A stretch of DNA of 64,000 nucleotides from Octopus bimaculoides (Eukaryota). The stretch is from NCBI RefSeq assembly GCF_001194135.2, contig NC_068998.1, forward strand, positions 508,186 through 572,185, given 5' to 3'. The notes under the pieces are model-generated. The model was given only the letters and a program-made list of their open reading frames with translations, was not told the DNA's origin and made no database searches. The translations under genes and the position numbers were made by a program. How positions within the stretch are numbered: the stretch's first letter is position 1; every line of letters starts with the position of its first letter. Below are positions 50,792 to 64,000 of this stretch, in pieces.

Positions 50792-50841
50792 CTTTGATAT
50801 CTTTATGGGGGCACAAGTGTGCCCCCATAAAGATGTCAAGG
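50792..50841. other. 24-bp hairpin with two G-U pairs and a minimal loop
   Basis: CTTTGATATCTTTATGGGGGCACA-ag-TGTGCCCCCATAAAGATGTCAAGG. Confidence 0.9.
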
Positions 50842-52725
50842 TGATTGCAGAGCAACATAAAATATGAAGTGTTTTGCTCAAGAACATCATGCAGTCTGGG
50901 AATTGAGCCCACTATCTTGCAGTTGTGATTGCAACAATAACGATTCACCATGTTTGGTTTTAATCCTCTCAGTTCTTGAGAGTTGAGGTTCCTTTACTTT
51001 TGTCTGGGGATCATTATTGTGGTTCCAGGTAGTATTTCTTAGTAGAATATTGAAGGGTTCCCAATTAGCTTTCACCCCAAGCATGCCACATGTACCTTAC
51101 ATTCACTGGGGGACAACCCTAGCATCATTCCTCAGCCAAAACATGATGGAGCATCTCACCAAATATTGCATCAGTCTTTCAACAAAACAAAGATTTCAAG
51201 ACAAATACTTTGTTCTTGACACATGTAGAACTGAAATATAATTTAAATTTTATTGAATAGTTTGTAATTAACAAAGTAAATTCATTTATCCAGAATTAAA
51301 TTAAGGTAAAATCCTAATTTACTAAGATAAACCACAAATACATGGAAAAAGAAATTGCATTTCCTAATTTTCAAAATACAATAAAGAGAGGGGTGGGAAG
51401 GGTGTTAGTGGGGGTTTAATGAGTTCTACTCAAATACATCCATGAGTGCGTAGGATTTTGAAGATTGGTATATATAATTTCTTTATATCGTAAATATACA
51501 CACACACTCACACACATAGGTATGGTAATGTAATTTAACAAAGAGTGTCTGATTTATTGATATAATGGTGATGAGGGAGGCTGATGCAGACATAGAAAGG
51601 AAACCATACACAAATACAGTTATACTTGTGCTGTTCGGGGTGGGGGGGGGTAACCAATCACATTCTTTCCTCTTTGCATGAATCACTAGTTGTTCATATT
51701 ATTATGCAAATCAAAGACCATTGTAGTTTAAAAATTCAAATAATATGCAAACCTCACCCCCATACACACACACACACCACCACCTCAAAATATTCAGCCT
51801 GTCTCGGCCAGGACACGTTTATATTATTCATTCTGGTGATCAATAAGAACCACAACTCTTCGGCCAACAGAACAAAGAATTTCCAGTTTTGTATCCAAAT
51901 TCAATAAAAAAAAAAAGACTGCAATCAATGAAGCAATCAACTTAAAAAGAAGTTAATTAAAAGGTCACTCTTGATGATAACCTAATTAAATAAGCCCTAA
52001 CAATAGTTTCAGACAATCTTCATCATAAGTATTTCTATATTGTCTTCTAATTCAATTTCCTCTCTCTTTCACTTCTAATATATTCTGTTTAATTTAATTA
52101 TCGCTAAACCCCATCATAACAGAAACCAACGACCTTTTCAAACGAATGCTGCCTGCTTTGTTTGAGAGGACTTTTGTTCAGCTTTCTATTATTTGAGTTG
52201 AATTTATGGCACCCTACTGACAATATATATATATATATATATAGACTAGACAACTTTGCATACACACACACACACACACACACACACAATGTGACAAACA
52301 GATATTCACATCTTTTGCTTTTGTCTCCAACAAGTTATTGTCTGCCTGGACAATGTGAAGAGATGCATTGCTAAGACAGAGATACTCTGAAGAATAATTA
52401 GAGAGAAGTTGAATACCTTTAGTGTCGTTAGTCACTTTGCTCAGGTTTGACATAATATGGTGGACAGTATAGTTACTTTGTGGTCAGTCAGAACATAATG
52501 TAATGGATATACTCTGTGGACAGACCAGTTAATGTATGGTCAGTTACAGAACACCTACTCAGTGGACAGACCAGTTCATAAACATGAGAATCACAGAAAT
52601 GGTTTAAATAAAATAGACTTAGCCAAGCATACTGGATATTGAACCATGAGACAAAGTTTAAAATAGCTGTAATACCTTCACTTGCTGCCCACCTGTACCA
52701 ATATATTTCACTTCAACTCAGTAAT

Positions 52726-53048
52726 CTCTTTTACTTGTTTCAGTCATTTGACTGTGGCCATGCTGGAGCACCGCCTTTAGTCGAGCCGACCCCAGGACTT
52801 ATTCCCCAACCCATGCCTTTCCAAGCATGGAAAGCGGATGATTATGATGATGATATATATATGTATCTTTGTGTGTCTTTGTCCCCACCATTGCTTGAAA
52901 AACCGGTGTTGAGGTGTTTACCTCCTTTAGTTTGACGAATGAGAGTAGGCTTAAAAACATAAGTACTGGGGTCAATTCATTCAATTAAAAGTTCAAGGCG
53001 GTGGCAGCATGGCCTCAGTCTAATGGTTGCAACAATTAAAAGATAAAA
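52726..53048. mobile_element. Composite of SINE fragments: family 1 tail (-, 52726-52804), family 3 tail (+, 52805-52858), family 1 3' half (+, 52865-53048)
   Basis: Each piece aligns by eye with 48423-48625 or 34990-35040. Confidence 0.6.
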
Positions 53049-55451
53049 GACATCTGTGTATGTGTATATACTTATGTATGTGTGTATACTTATGTATGTG
53101 TGTATACTTATGTATGTGTGTATACTTATGTATGTGTTTATATACTTATGTATGTGTGTATATATATCCTTTTGAGAGTAAATGTGATTGTATGTGTGTA
53201 GATATCTGTGTTAGTATATATGCATTTGCATGTAGAAATATCTGTCAATGCAAATATCTATGTTTATATCTGTTTATATCCATAAAAGTGTATGTTTCTG
53301 AATGTGTTTAAACCTATGGTTGTATGTAGAAATATCTGTGTGTGTTTATGTCAGTGTAAATGTGTGTGTGTAAATATATTTCTATCCGTAAATCAATATG
53401 AAACAGTTTGTATTAGCTCTACACATTCGGACTTATTATATATGCCACTTAGTTACATTGTTGTTATTGTTATTATATGTGTTCATTTGTCAATTTCTTT
53501 TGTTGTTTACCTTTCGAAAATCTCCATGTTGGCTGTCGGACAAATATTATTGATCTGTGTAGCATAAATCGATTAAAAGTGATTGAATTGTTGTTGTTGT
53601 TGTTATAGATGAAACAAGAAGAATTAGGAAGCATTAAACTAACAAGATATTGATTGGTTTAGTTGTTTTGCCAATCTCTTTAAGATGTTGGGGGGTGGGG
53701 GTGACTGTAGTGGTGGTGGGGGTGGTCACAATAGCCATAATTGTAGCAGTGGTTGCCCTGGTAGTGTTGGCCATTGTAAGTTTCCAAACATTCTTCAGGT
53801 GTTTTCTCTCTCTCTCTCTCCCCCTTCCCCCTCTCCCCCTGACAGCCTTCATTCTTTGACCTACATCCCACATCATTGATTATTGAAAGAGGTTTTTCTT
53901 GTTTCTTTTTGCTTGTTTTTTTTCCTCCTCACACAATTTCAACTTTTTCAAAATCATTTCTCATCAATGCATTTAAATAAAGCTGAACCATTCGGAGCGG
54001 TGGAGGGGGAGGGGAGGGGCAGGTTCTTTTTAATCACCTCACTCCCTTTCACAACGGCTGTCCAGTTCTTTCTCTCCCTCTCTCATAATAACAAGAATGG
54101 TTTTTCTAATTTAGACACAAAGCCAACAGTTTTGAAGGAAGGCTATTTTATATAATCAACTGGAGAGACAAGGTTGACCTTAGCAGGATCTGAACTCAGA
54201 ATATTGAGTTGTAACAAATAACATGGGGCATGTTCTTTATGATTCAGCCAGCTGACCACTTTACTACTACTACTAATAATAATAATATAAAGTAAAAGCT
54301 GTTGTTGATTTGCATCACCAGAGGAGCAATGTTTCACTATATTACTTTATGGTCAGTTTTAATGTTGTTCAAATACGTTTGACCACCCGTTCACCCTTAC
54401 ATTCCATTCCTTACATTCATCTTCACCCACTCCTCAGACACACTTGCAACCTACCTATCCCACCCCTTCTTGCACCTTGAAGGCTCACCCTGACACCTCG
54501 TCACCACCATTGTTATCTCCTTCTCCACCCCAGTTCCCCTCACCCACCCTTATATAATGTGCAATAGCCATATATCTCCTACCCTCCACTCTCACTCAGT
54601 CGAGTGGACTCTTTAGGCTTGCAAATTACAAATCCACCTCACTAGTGCCAGTGCCACAAAAGAAGTACACAGTCCATTCTGTTAAGGGATTGGCACCAGG
54701 AAAACAGCCAATCAAAGAAACCATGGTTGATGCCAACATTCTAATCACTCGACCCCAATGCGTTCATGCGTGTGCATGCAGGCAATGGACATGGAATTCT
54801 AACTTTTATCAAAAACCAAACACATTCTTCATCATTTGATATTCTCTCAGAGAAAGAGACAGACAGACAGACGGACCAAAAGGGGGGGGGGCGGAGAAAC
54901 AGAGACAGACAGACAGANNNNNNNNNNNNNNNNNNNNNNNNNNNNNNNNNNNNNNNNNNNNNNNNNNNNNNNNNNNNNNNNNNNNNNNNNNNNNNNNNNN
55001 NNNNNNNNNNNNNNNNNNNNNNNNNNNNNNNNNNNNNNNNNNNNNNNNNNNNNNNNNNNNNNNNNNNNNNNNNNNNNNNNNNNNNNNNNNNNNNNNNNNN
55101 NNNNNNNNNNNNNNNNNNNNNNNNNNNNNNNNNNNNNNNNNNNNNNNNNNNNNNNNNNNNNNNNNNNNNNNNNNNNNNNNNNNNNNNNNNNNNNNNNNNN
55201 NNNNNNNNNNNNNNNNNNNNNNNNNNNNNNNNNNNNNNNNNNNNNNNNNNNNNNNNNNNNNNNNNNNNNNNNNNNNNNNNNNNNNNNNNNNNNNNNNNNN
55301 NNNNNNNNNNNNNNNNNNNNNNNNNNNNNNNNNNNNNNNNNNNNNNNNNNNNNNNNNNNNNNNNNNNNNNNNNNNNNNNNNNNNNNNNNNNNNNNNNNNN
55401 NNNNNNNNNNNNNNNNNNNNNNNNNNNNNNNNNNNNNNNNNNNNNNNNNNN

Positions 55452-55495
<44 letters not shown>

Positions 55496-56806
55496 ATACA
55501 GTTTGTTTGCTGCTGTTCGTCTGTTCATTGTTGTTAGTCCGATGTGTGGTGGGAATTGACAGCACAGATATTACTTGTGGGGTGGTGGGGAAGCACATCA
55601 TTATTATTGCATAGCTCTTTTGCAATATTTCACAGGACCTTAATCCCCACTTTTCTGACATTATTCTGTTCCCATTTCCCATTGCTACATGGGGGTATCT
55701 GAAGTGAATTATTGTCAGTTTAGTTCAGGAGTAGGGTTAGAAATAGCAGCAAATGAAGGTTAAATGACGTGTGCTGATCGAGTTATATTCTTTACACCAA
55801 CAACACAAATATTCCATGTTTCATACCAGTGCCATGTGATAGAAAATGTAAATATAATCTTCAACAATCTTAGAAACAGATCAAACACTGAACAACAAAA
55901 CAATTTGGAAAATTTAGAAAATTCCTCTACGGTTTAATGACCAAACCAATTACTATTGTAATTCTTGTATTGTTGCTAAATATATTATTATAATGTCTTA
56001 TTTATGGTGTTTACCTGTGTTGTTGTAGTTTGTCATGCAAGCCATCTGTTGCTGTATTTGTATATGGTAATAATATATTCAATCATTCAATATGAAGTGT
56101 TGCAGATTGCAAAGATGACATTTAGAAACTGTGAAATATATTTTAGCAAGAGAAAATATAATTTCAAAGAAAATCAATTTTAAAAGTCAAACTAATTTTC
56201 TCTCTCCTCTGCCTCCCTCCCCCCTCTCTCTCATTGCAAAATTATCTAATTCATCTGTAAACAGTCTTTCATTCTTATTTGTGATAAACCGGTTATTTCT
56301 ATTCAAAAAGGCACGTGAGACTATCAAATATTTTCAGGTAAACTTATCCTAGTTGCAGATAATTTGATTTAATCGATGATTTATATTGACCTTCTATATT
56401 AATAAACTGTGTCAAAAGTCTATGTCGACAGTTTGTGTCAACACTTGTAAGATGACAGTCAGTGTCAATAATTTGTATCCTCTGGCAAGAACATTGACAT
56501 ATGAACAAAACAGGACCATCACAGCTTGTATTTAACATTTGTTGTTGTTTCGCTGCAAATCTGGTGATTTAGCCATTAATTCTGGCAAGTCAAGCAACCA
56601 AATAGAAGTTTTTTAGGTTTTTATAGTGTAACTCCATGTCTGCTCTGATTCAGTTAGTCTGCACTCAAAGAGGTTCCAACTATGACCATTTTTTCCTTCC
56701 AAACACAGTGTAGCTACAACTCCATTATTCAGTGTATTCTTCTTCAAAAACAGACTTTGATTTGATTTTCCCAACAAATCAAATAAACCCACTGAGAATC
56801 CTTCAG

Positions 56807-56862
<56 letters not shown>

Positions 56863-59554
56863 NNNNNNNNNNNNNNNNNNNNNNNNNNNNNNNNNNNNNN
56901 NNNNNNNNNNNNNNNNNNNNNNNNNNNNNNNNNNNNNNNNNNNNNNNNNNNNNNNNNNNNNNNNNNNNNNNNNNNNNNNNNNNNNNNNNNNNNNNNNNNN
57001 NNNNNNNNNNNNNNNNNNNNNNNNNNNNNNNNNNNNNNNNNNNNNNNNNNNNNNNNNNNNNNNNNNNNCTCCCCCTCTCTCTCTCTCTCTCTCCCTCTCT
57101 CTCTCCTCTCTCTCTCTCAAATTGTTTCCAGTTTCTTTAATAAACCGTTCTGGATCAAAAGATTTATCTCCTCCAGGATGTCATGGCTTTCATCATGAGT
57201 TGTCCTCTTTTCTCATCTAGAAGGAACGATTAGCACTAGCCCCTATTCTACAGGGTTCTTAAATATCAATTTAAAATGTCAGAAAATATAATTTAATTCC
57301 TTTTAGAATGACTAATCTCAGTTCCCCACCCTTGACATATTCAGCCAATTTTATACACATATATTTACATATTCTTCTGAGAATTTACAGAACAGAGATC
57401 ATTGCCAATTCTGGAATAAAGAACTATATTGACATCAGTTTCTATCAGTGACAAGGGTCACTGACATAATCTTAGTTGCCCTTATTTGATAAATTTGAGG
57501 GATTTTTTTTTATTTCTTTCTACCCAAGGAACCCACACATGTGAGCAATGGAGCTGAGGTGAACTGCTGGTCTGACGCCCATATATAGTCAGTTGTCATC
57601 ACCATATTTTCAGTAGTCATAAAATGCATGAACATCATTGAATCACAATTTTGTTCCTGTTATATTTAAAAACTGAATCAGTTCCTTAAATAATAAAAAA
57701 TACATTTAAAAAAAATCTTTCTGCTCGAAATAAAGTATCAACCATAAAAACAACAACAATACAAGAAAAAAAACTCTTTGTATTTGGTGTATTCTACACA
57801 CACATGCACACACACACATGCACACACACACACGCATGCATGCACACACACACTCACACGCATGCATGCACACACACACACACACACTCACACGCATGCA
57901 TGAACGCACTATTGATAAATGGTATTTGTCAGCACAAGTGATGACAGGTGCATAGCTTTAAGTAAGAAATTCAGGAGGTGGTGCAGGGGTGGGGGAGGGG
58001 AAGAATATTAACAAATATGGTGATCAATAATTATCATATTCACCGAGGAAAGAAAATTTTCACCAATTAAACACAAAGTAAATAATTAGAATAAAAACAG
58101 ATTTTTTTTTTAAGGAAATAAATGGAAATTTTTAAAACAAAAAAAAGTTTAGTGTTTATAAATTCAAAAATGGGGGGAAAATTGATAATTTTAAAATTGT
58201 ATTGAATAATGTAGAAAGAAATAAAGTGATTTATTTATAAGTTTGTTTTGTATTTAGATAAGATTTTGTTTTAATATAGCATTAGTGTATGTGTGTCTTT
58301 ATCTACAAATATATATATGTGTGTGGCAGGGTGGGGCTGAAACTAATAAAAAAGACGTGTTTAGCCATGAACATCATACACCATAAAGGTATATACATAC
58401 AAATGTATATATATATATATAAGGCTGGAATCAATAAAAGTATGCATGCGTGTGTGTGAGGGAGAGGAAGAGGTAGAAAGACAGAGAGAGAGAGGGAGAA
58501 AGGGGGGAAATGTGTGTGTGTGTGGACGAGGTCAGACGTATATAAAGAAATGCTGAGCACTTGAAGTGGCCGAGAGTTGTGGAAGAGGGAAATGATGTAA
58601 GACGAGTTATGAAATTGTGCTGATTGACAAAGAGCCCTGATATTTGGTCACACACAGAATTGGAGAAGACCTGTCCACTGGTGCAAATATGGTAAAACAG
58701 TCTTTACAATATCATCATGATGGTTGAGTGGTGTAATATATCTTACAGTGGGTCTCTCTTATTATATTCCAGATAAATTTCTGTCTCCTGCTCTTTATGT
58801 TACCTTCTCATCCATCAGATCAGTCTAAACCCTGTTCTGTCACCCTTCTCTAAAACGGTCATTTTCTTTATCTTAAGAGCTCTTTTATTGACCTCTACCA
58901 CTCTTATCATCATGCATCTTTCTTCTGCCATCCCATCATGCAATTTATCCTCACTAACAATTAACATGTAACTGTCTGTCATTGTCTCTCTTCCATTACT
59001 CTCTCTCCACCCTTACCATCCTCCCACCCGATTTCCTCCATCACATCCGTCCTCATTCACTGCCTTTATTTATCTGTTATCGCTCTTCTATTCGGACTTT
59101 ACATCACATTTGTCTTCAAGAAATGGAAATAACATACAACAGAGAACAATTTCTTTTGCTCTTCAAGTGGCCAAGGTTACCTCTCTAATGGTGGGGCCTT
59201 GGTAACATGTTAAGGGTTCAGTATCAGGAGGGGTCTCCAGCTGTAGGAACCATGTGGAAAATGGTGAGCTGCAGTTTTCAACCCTTCTTGGAGGACAGTA
59301 ACTTCAAATAAGAGCTAACTCCAACCAAAACCTGTTCAACCAAGCAGTCGACATAAACTGATGGTGATGATGATGATGATGTGTGTAATTTAAGATGGCT
59401 TCAAATTATGAGGGTGGCCTTTCGTTAAATTTCTCAGAGAATTCTCAATCAGAAAACTAGAAACACTTTGTTGTTGACTGCCATGTTGAGTACTTTGGGG
59501 TTTATTTTAGCAAGTATTTTGAAGTATAACAGTGTGTAGACAATGCAACATTAG

Positions 59555-59766
59555 AAGCACCCATGCCAGCACCACATAAAACAACACCCAGCATACTTAG
59601 TGAAGTGGTTGACATTAGGAAGGACATCCAGCCATAGAAATCAGACAACTGGGGCTTAGTGCAGCTCTCTGCCTGGTCAGCTCCTGTCAGACCATCCAAC
59701 CCATGCCAGCATGGAAAATAGATGTTAAATGATGATGATGATGATGATGATGATGACGATGATGAT
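59555..59766 (+). mobile_element. SINE family 3 copy with (GAT)n tail
   Basis: 'gtggttgacattaggaaggacatccagcc...catccaacccatgccagcatggaaaatagatgttaaatgatgatg'. Confidence 0.75.
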
Positions 59767-60268
59767 TAAACAAATGAAAAGGTTTCACTAACATTGGAAG
59801 TTTTACAAAACTACAAGCTTAGCTTTTCTACTGATCCAAATCCAATTTTTTTTCAAGGAATGTGATGTATTTAAAACTATTTTCATATTCCACAGAGATG
59901 TTACATTGTTGAAGAGTAGCTAGACATTCTGCAGAATCATTTCCCTAGAAACCAAACTGATATATTTCCACTAAATACAGTTGCAAGAGTTAAAAATAAG
60001 CGATTCCACTAATTCATGGCTTTCAACAGTTTCTTCAATAACCATTTATTGTTCCAGCCTTTCATTATTTTCAGCTTTTTAATCGAACATGTCTTTTCCA
60101 ATCAAAAGAAACAGACAATCCATCAATCATAGACTGAATAACTTTGGCAAGATTATCAGTTTTTTTCTTCTTTTTTAAGCAATGATTCAAGTTTTTCCCT
60201 GACAACTTTCAATTAATATTTAAAATTCATTCAATTTTGGTGGATTATTGTGATTGCTATTTCTTTCC

Positions 60269-60337
<69 letters not shown>

Positions 60338-60424
60338 CTGTATTTGAAGGAACTGGTTTCACCATTTGATCAGAAAAATATAAAAACAATGGGAGAGAAG
60401 TGATTAAAAATATAAATAAAAGTA

Positions 60425-60475
<51 letters not shown>

Positions 60476-60649
60476 CTCACGTATATGCCATTCTCATTTA
60501 ACAGGAATTCCAGACTCTGAGGATACTTGCTGTGGATGGAACTACTTAAGACTGTGACACACTAAACTCTCCAATAACCATTACAGAATCATTGCTAAAA
60601 CATCTCTCTCCCTCCCCCTCTCTATCTATCTGTCTATCCACACACACAC

Positions 60650-60768
60650 TCTTTTACTCTCTTACTTGTTTCAGTCATTTGACTGTGGCCATGCTGGAGC
60701 ACCGCCTTTAGTCGAACAAATTGACCCCAGGACTTATTCTTTGTAAGCCTAGTACTTATTCTATTGGT
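60650..60768 (-). mobile_element. SINE family 1, 3' end fragment
   Basis: Near-identical to 48423-48533. Confidence 0.8.
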
Positions 60769-60879
60769 GCAGCTGTTGGTAAGAAAAGGTTTCTCTTACT
60801 GCAAGTTGTGTGAGAAATATGCCATGGCAGACATGAAACATTGAATGAGAGCAAGCAATGATCTGTTGGCTAAACTCTA

Positions 60880-61150
60880 TGAATTGGGACATAAATGAAG
60901 TGGTCAGCTGGGTATTAAATTCATCAACTGAAGTAGAAAATGGTATGGACCTGGGATGGAAGCAATTGAAGTCTTTTAGGATGACTGGGTCTTAACCATA
61001 GACAGAATGCAGTGTTTGGGGGAGGGGTGCAATAGCTGGACACACGCACTGAGGACTGAGTTGGTAGCTTGGACATTCCTCCAAATCTAACTGTTGAATT
61101 GATAATCAGACGATCAGGACGGTAGCTGGACACACATTCACTCTGACCTT
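60880..61150 (-). pseudogene. Possible apurinic-endonuclease (APE) remnant of a LINE
   Basis: Minus strand has VSSYCTPPP and, after a frameshift, PVILKDFNCFHPRS, resembling APE motifs 'SIYxPP' and 'IILGDFNAHHPxW'. Confidence 0.4.
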
Positions 61151-61195
61151 TCAGCTTATAGACAGACCCTAAGCCAGTGGTTAACAAATGGCCAT

Positions 61196-61238
<43 letters not shown>

Positions 61239-61290
61239 TTCATCTCTATCTACTTCTATCTTTTTCTTTGTCTTTATCTCTCACTCTCTG

Positions 61291-61368
<78 letters not shown>

Positions 61369-62063
61369 TTTAACCCCATTTTCATTGTATTTAAATTGTT
61401 CTAACTTTGCCCTCACATCTCTCTCTCTCTCTCTCTCAATCTATTACACATGCAAGTGCCCACAACACCTCCCCTCGCCACCACCACTACTATACATGCA
61501 TTTACCTGTCCCATACCCTCCCCACAACACCATTAACCTACACAGTCTTAATTATCAACCTACACTATCATCACTCTACATTCCTCCACACATGTACACT
61601 AGGGTTCACACCACCACCTTAATTAATTAATAAGCATTAATTAACAAGTAACATCATTATCACTACACTACCTCAATCCCCTTCCCCTGCACACAACACT
61701 ACTATTATGTTGAAATAACCATCATTATCATCTCTCCACCCCCACCCCACCCCCACCCCTACCACACTAACAAGCACCATCGTCATCATCATCATATTAA
61801 CTTCATTAAAGATTCTAATTTATTGTTTTCACTGATTGGAATTGAATTATAATTTCTTGAATTGATTGGAATTTATAATTTGTTCTGCCTAATTACAGAC
61901 ATACTTATACAGACATCTACTCACACATATGTATAATGAATACATGCAGGTGCATGAGTACACACACACACACACACACACGTATACACACGTGTACACA
62001 TACTCATCTATGTACATACTTTTACATATGCATGCATACAAAAACACACATACATATAACACT

Positions 62064-62099
<36 letters not shown>

Positions 62100-62429
62100 A
62101 AACTGAGCCCTTCAGCCACCCTGTAATTCCAACAGACACACACATATAAACAAGTACATACACTTATACACTAACTCCAACACGTATATACAAACTCTCT
62201 CTCTCACACACACACACATATAAATACAAACAGTACAAGCCAAAGGATGTTTGCTAGTGTGACACACTGTCCCCTACTTTTTGTGTACAGAGCCACATCT
62301 TAGCACAAAACACTTTCAATTCCAGAACGCAGACCTCGTTCCCTCTCAACACAACACGCATAACCTGACGCGATCAACACTCAAAAACCTCATCATAAAA
62401 AAACTAATTCATTCTGCACACACTACTCA

Positions 62430-62512
<83 letters not shown>

Positions 62513-64000
62513 AACTCACATATTTTGTCCACCAGATTTTCATGACAAGACATTGGTAAATCTAATCTCTGTATGCACTGGAATTAAACAACCCAGAATT
62601 ATGTTTTGATCCAGCAAACTTCTTAAAATTCCCCTGCAACACACAGTCATGAACTCATTCAATGTTCCCTGGTTAAGAACTATGGTGAAAAACTTACAGT
62701 AGAAACAGTGTAAATCTTCAACGGTCTCCTTCACCAAGTGTATATTCAACAATTGACTGTCCTTGTTATACGGACAGTATCTGGACCAAGACAGACTGAC
62801 CAGATCAAAACAAGTCTACAGCTCACCTTTAGACTGTCTCTCTTAATCTAACTAAAACATTATTCATACAGTTTAAAGATTATCTTCCTTCCCACACTCA
62901 GAGATGCTAACAATTCTTACCACTAGGTTCTTGTTTTCCTTCTCTGTTCATGAGGAAAATTTCAATAAATTATGAATTTACAGCATTCAGCACAGCACAC
63001 TGTTTATCCATACAGTATATGCATGTGGGTATATATATATATATATAAGTATACCTGAGCATGCAAGTGTCAAGGTGGAGGAATAATCCAACTAAATCAC
63101 ACCTGTACACAACCACAACAACCATTTAAAGCATTAGAGTTGGTGAGTTTCTAACCACGAAAGCCATTCTCTTCTTTCGATGTTTATTCTTCTACTTTCC
63201 ATTGAACATGGACATTTATCTCTAAAGAAATGTCTTTCACAGCAGAAAACAAACAAACAAAAATTTTTAAAAATAACCAAATCCCCACACATTTGCAAAT
63301 ACCAAATTTATTCATTCTGCCATTCTATGATATCTTCTCAGATTTCACTCCACCTCTCCAAACACATTTCCCAGATACTTTGTTCTTTGAAACTAAAATC
63401 TCTTTCCATCTTTTATTTCTGTCATTCTTGTTGGTTTATTGAGTGCTGTCTTCGAGAAATGGTGCTTCTAAAGTGGTTTTCTTCTCTCTCCTTCACCTAA
63501 CTCAGCTATGTTCAAAGAACTTTCTCATCCATTGGTGACAACAACCAAACTAAAAAACACCAATTCTAATATTTATTCTTTAGCATCATGACATTCCATT
63601 CAAGCTTGTCTTACACCCATTTCTTGACTGGGTGGAATAATAATAATAATAATATGAAAGAGAAAAGGAGAAAGGAAAATGCTATTAAAAAGTGGGNNNN
63701 NNNNNNNNNNNNNNNNNNNNNNNNNNNNNNNNNNNNNNNNNNNNNNNNNNNNNNNNNNNNNNNNNNNNNNNNNNNNNNNNNNNNNNNNNNNNNNNNNNNN
63801 NNNNNNNNNNNNNNNNNNNNNNNNNNNNNNNNNNNNNNNNNNNNNNNNNNNNNNNNNNNNNNNNNNNNNNNNNNATATATATATATATATATATATACAC
63901 ATACATATATACACACGTCGATAATTTCCATACTTATCTGATTTTCTTTCTTCCTTTCGCAACTAATCTCCTCCTTCCATCCCCACCCCCACCCCATTAC

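Noticed and set aside
57445-57464. 8-bp perfect hairpin TCAGTGAC-aagg-GTCACTGA (similar ones at 26733, 40114)
   Set aside because: Several stems of this length are expected by chance in 64 kb.
58539-58625. TATATAAAG promoter candidate
   Set aside because: The downstream sequence (HLKWPRVVEEGNDVRRVMKL) looks more like a decayed RTE LINE remnant, and TA-rich matches are common here.

Overview
Eukaryotic, AT-rich, microsatellite-dense draft-assembly sequence with nine N gaps (7627-7820, 12635-12658, 27711-27762, 33004-33871, 36774-37292, 37868-38526, 54918-55451, 56863-57068, 63697-63874). The repeat content resembles what I recall from octopus/coleoid cephalopod genomes; this is inference, not a database result. 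I cannot support any intact cellular protein-coding gene, rRNA, tRNA or CRISPR array, and the window looks intronic or intergenic. Recognisable content: many copies of three SINE-like families; degenerate LINE fragments (R4/Dong-like with CCHC knuckle and restriction-like endonuclease, RTE-like with a PHD-type finger inside the RT, and weaker APE and CR1 remnants); a small Helitron with intact ends; two HINE-like copies; and a possible mariner relic. The most unusual structures are two long local inverted duplications (4367-4691/6204-6522 and 16256-16531/17082-17369), a 30-bp minisatellite with an inverted unit, and long near-perfect hairpins (49900-49939, 50792-50841), one of which shares its arm sequence with a hairpin at 9864-9890. 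Coordinates of degenerate repeats are approximate.
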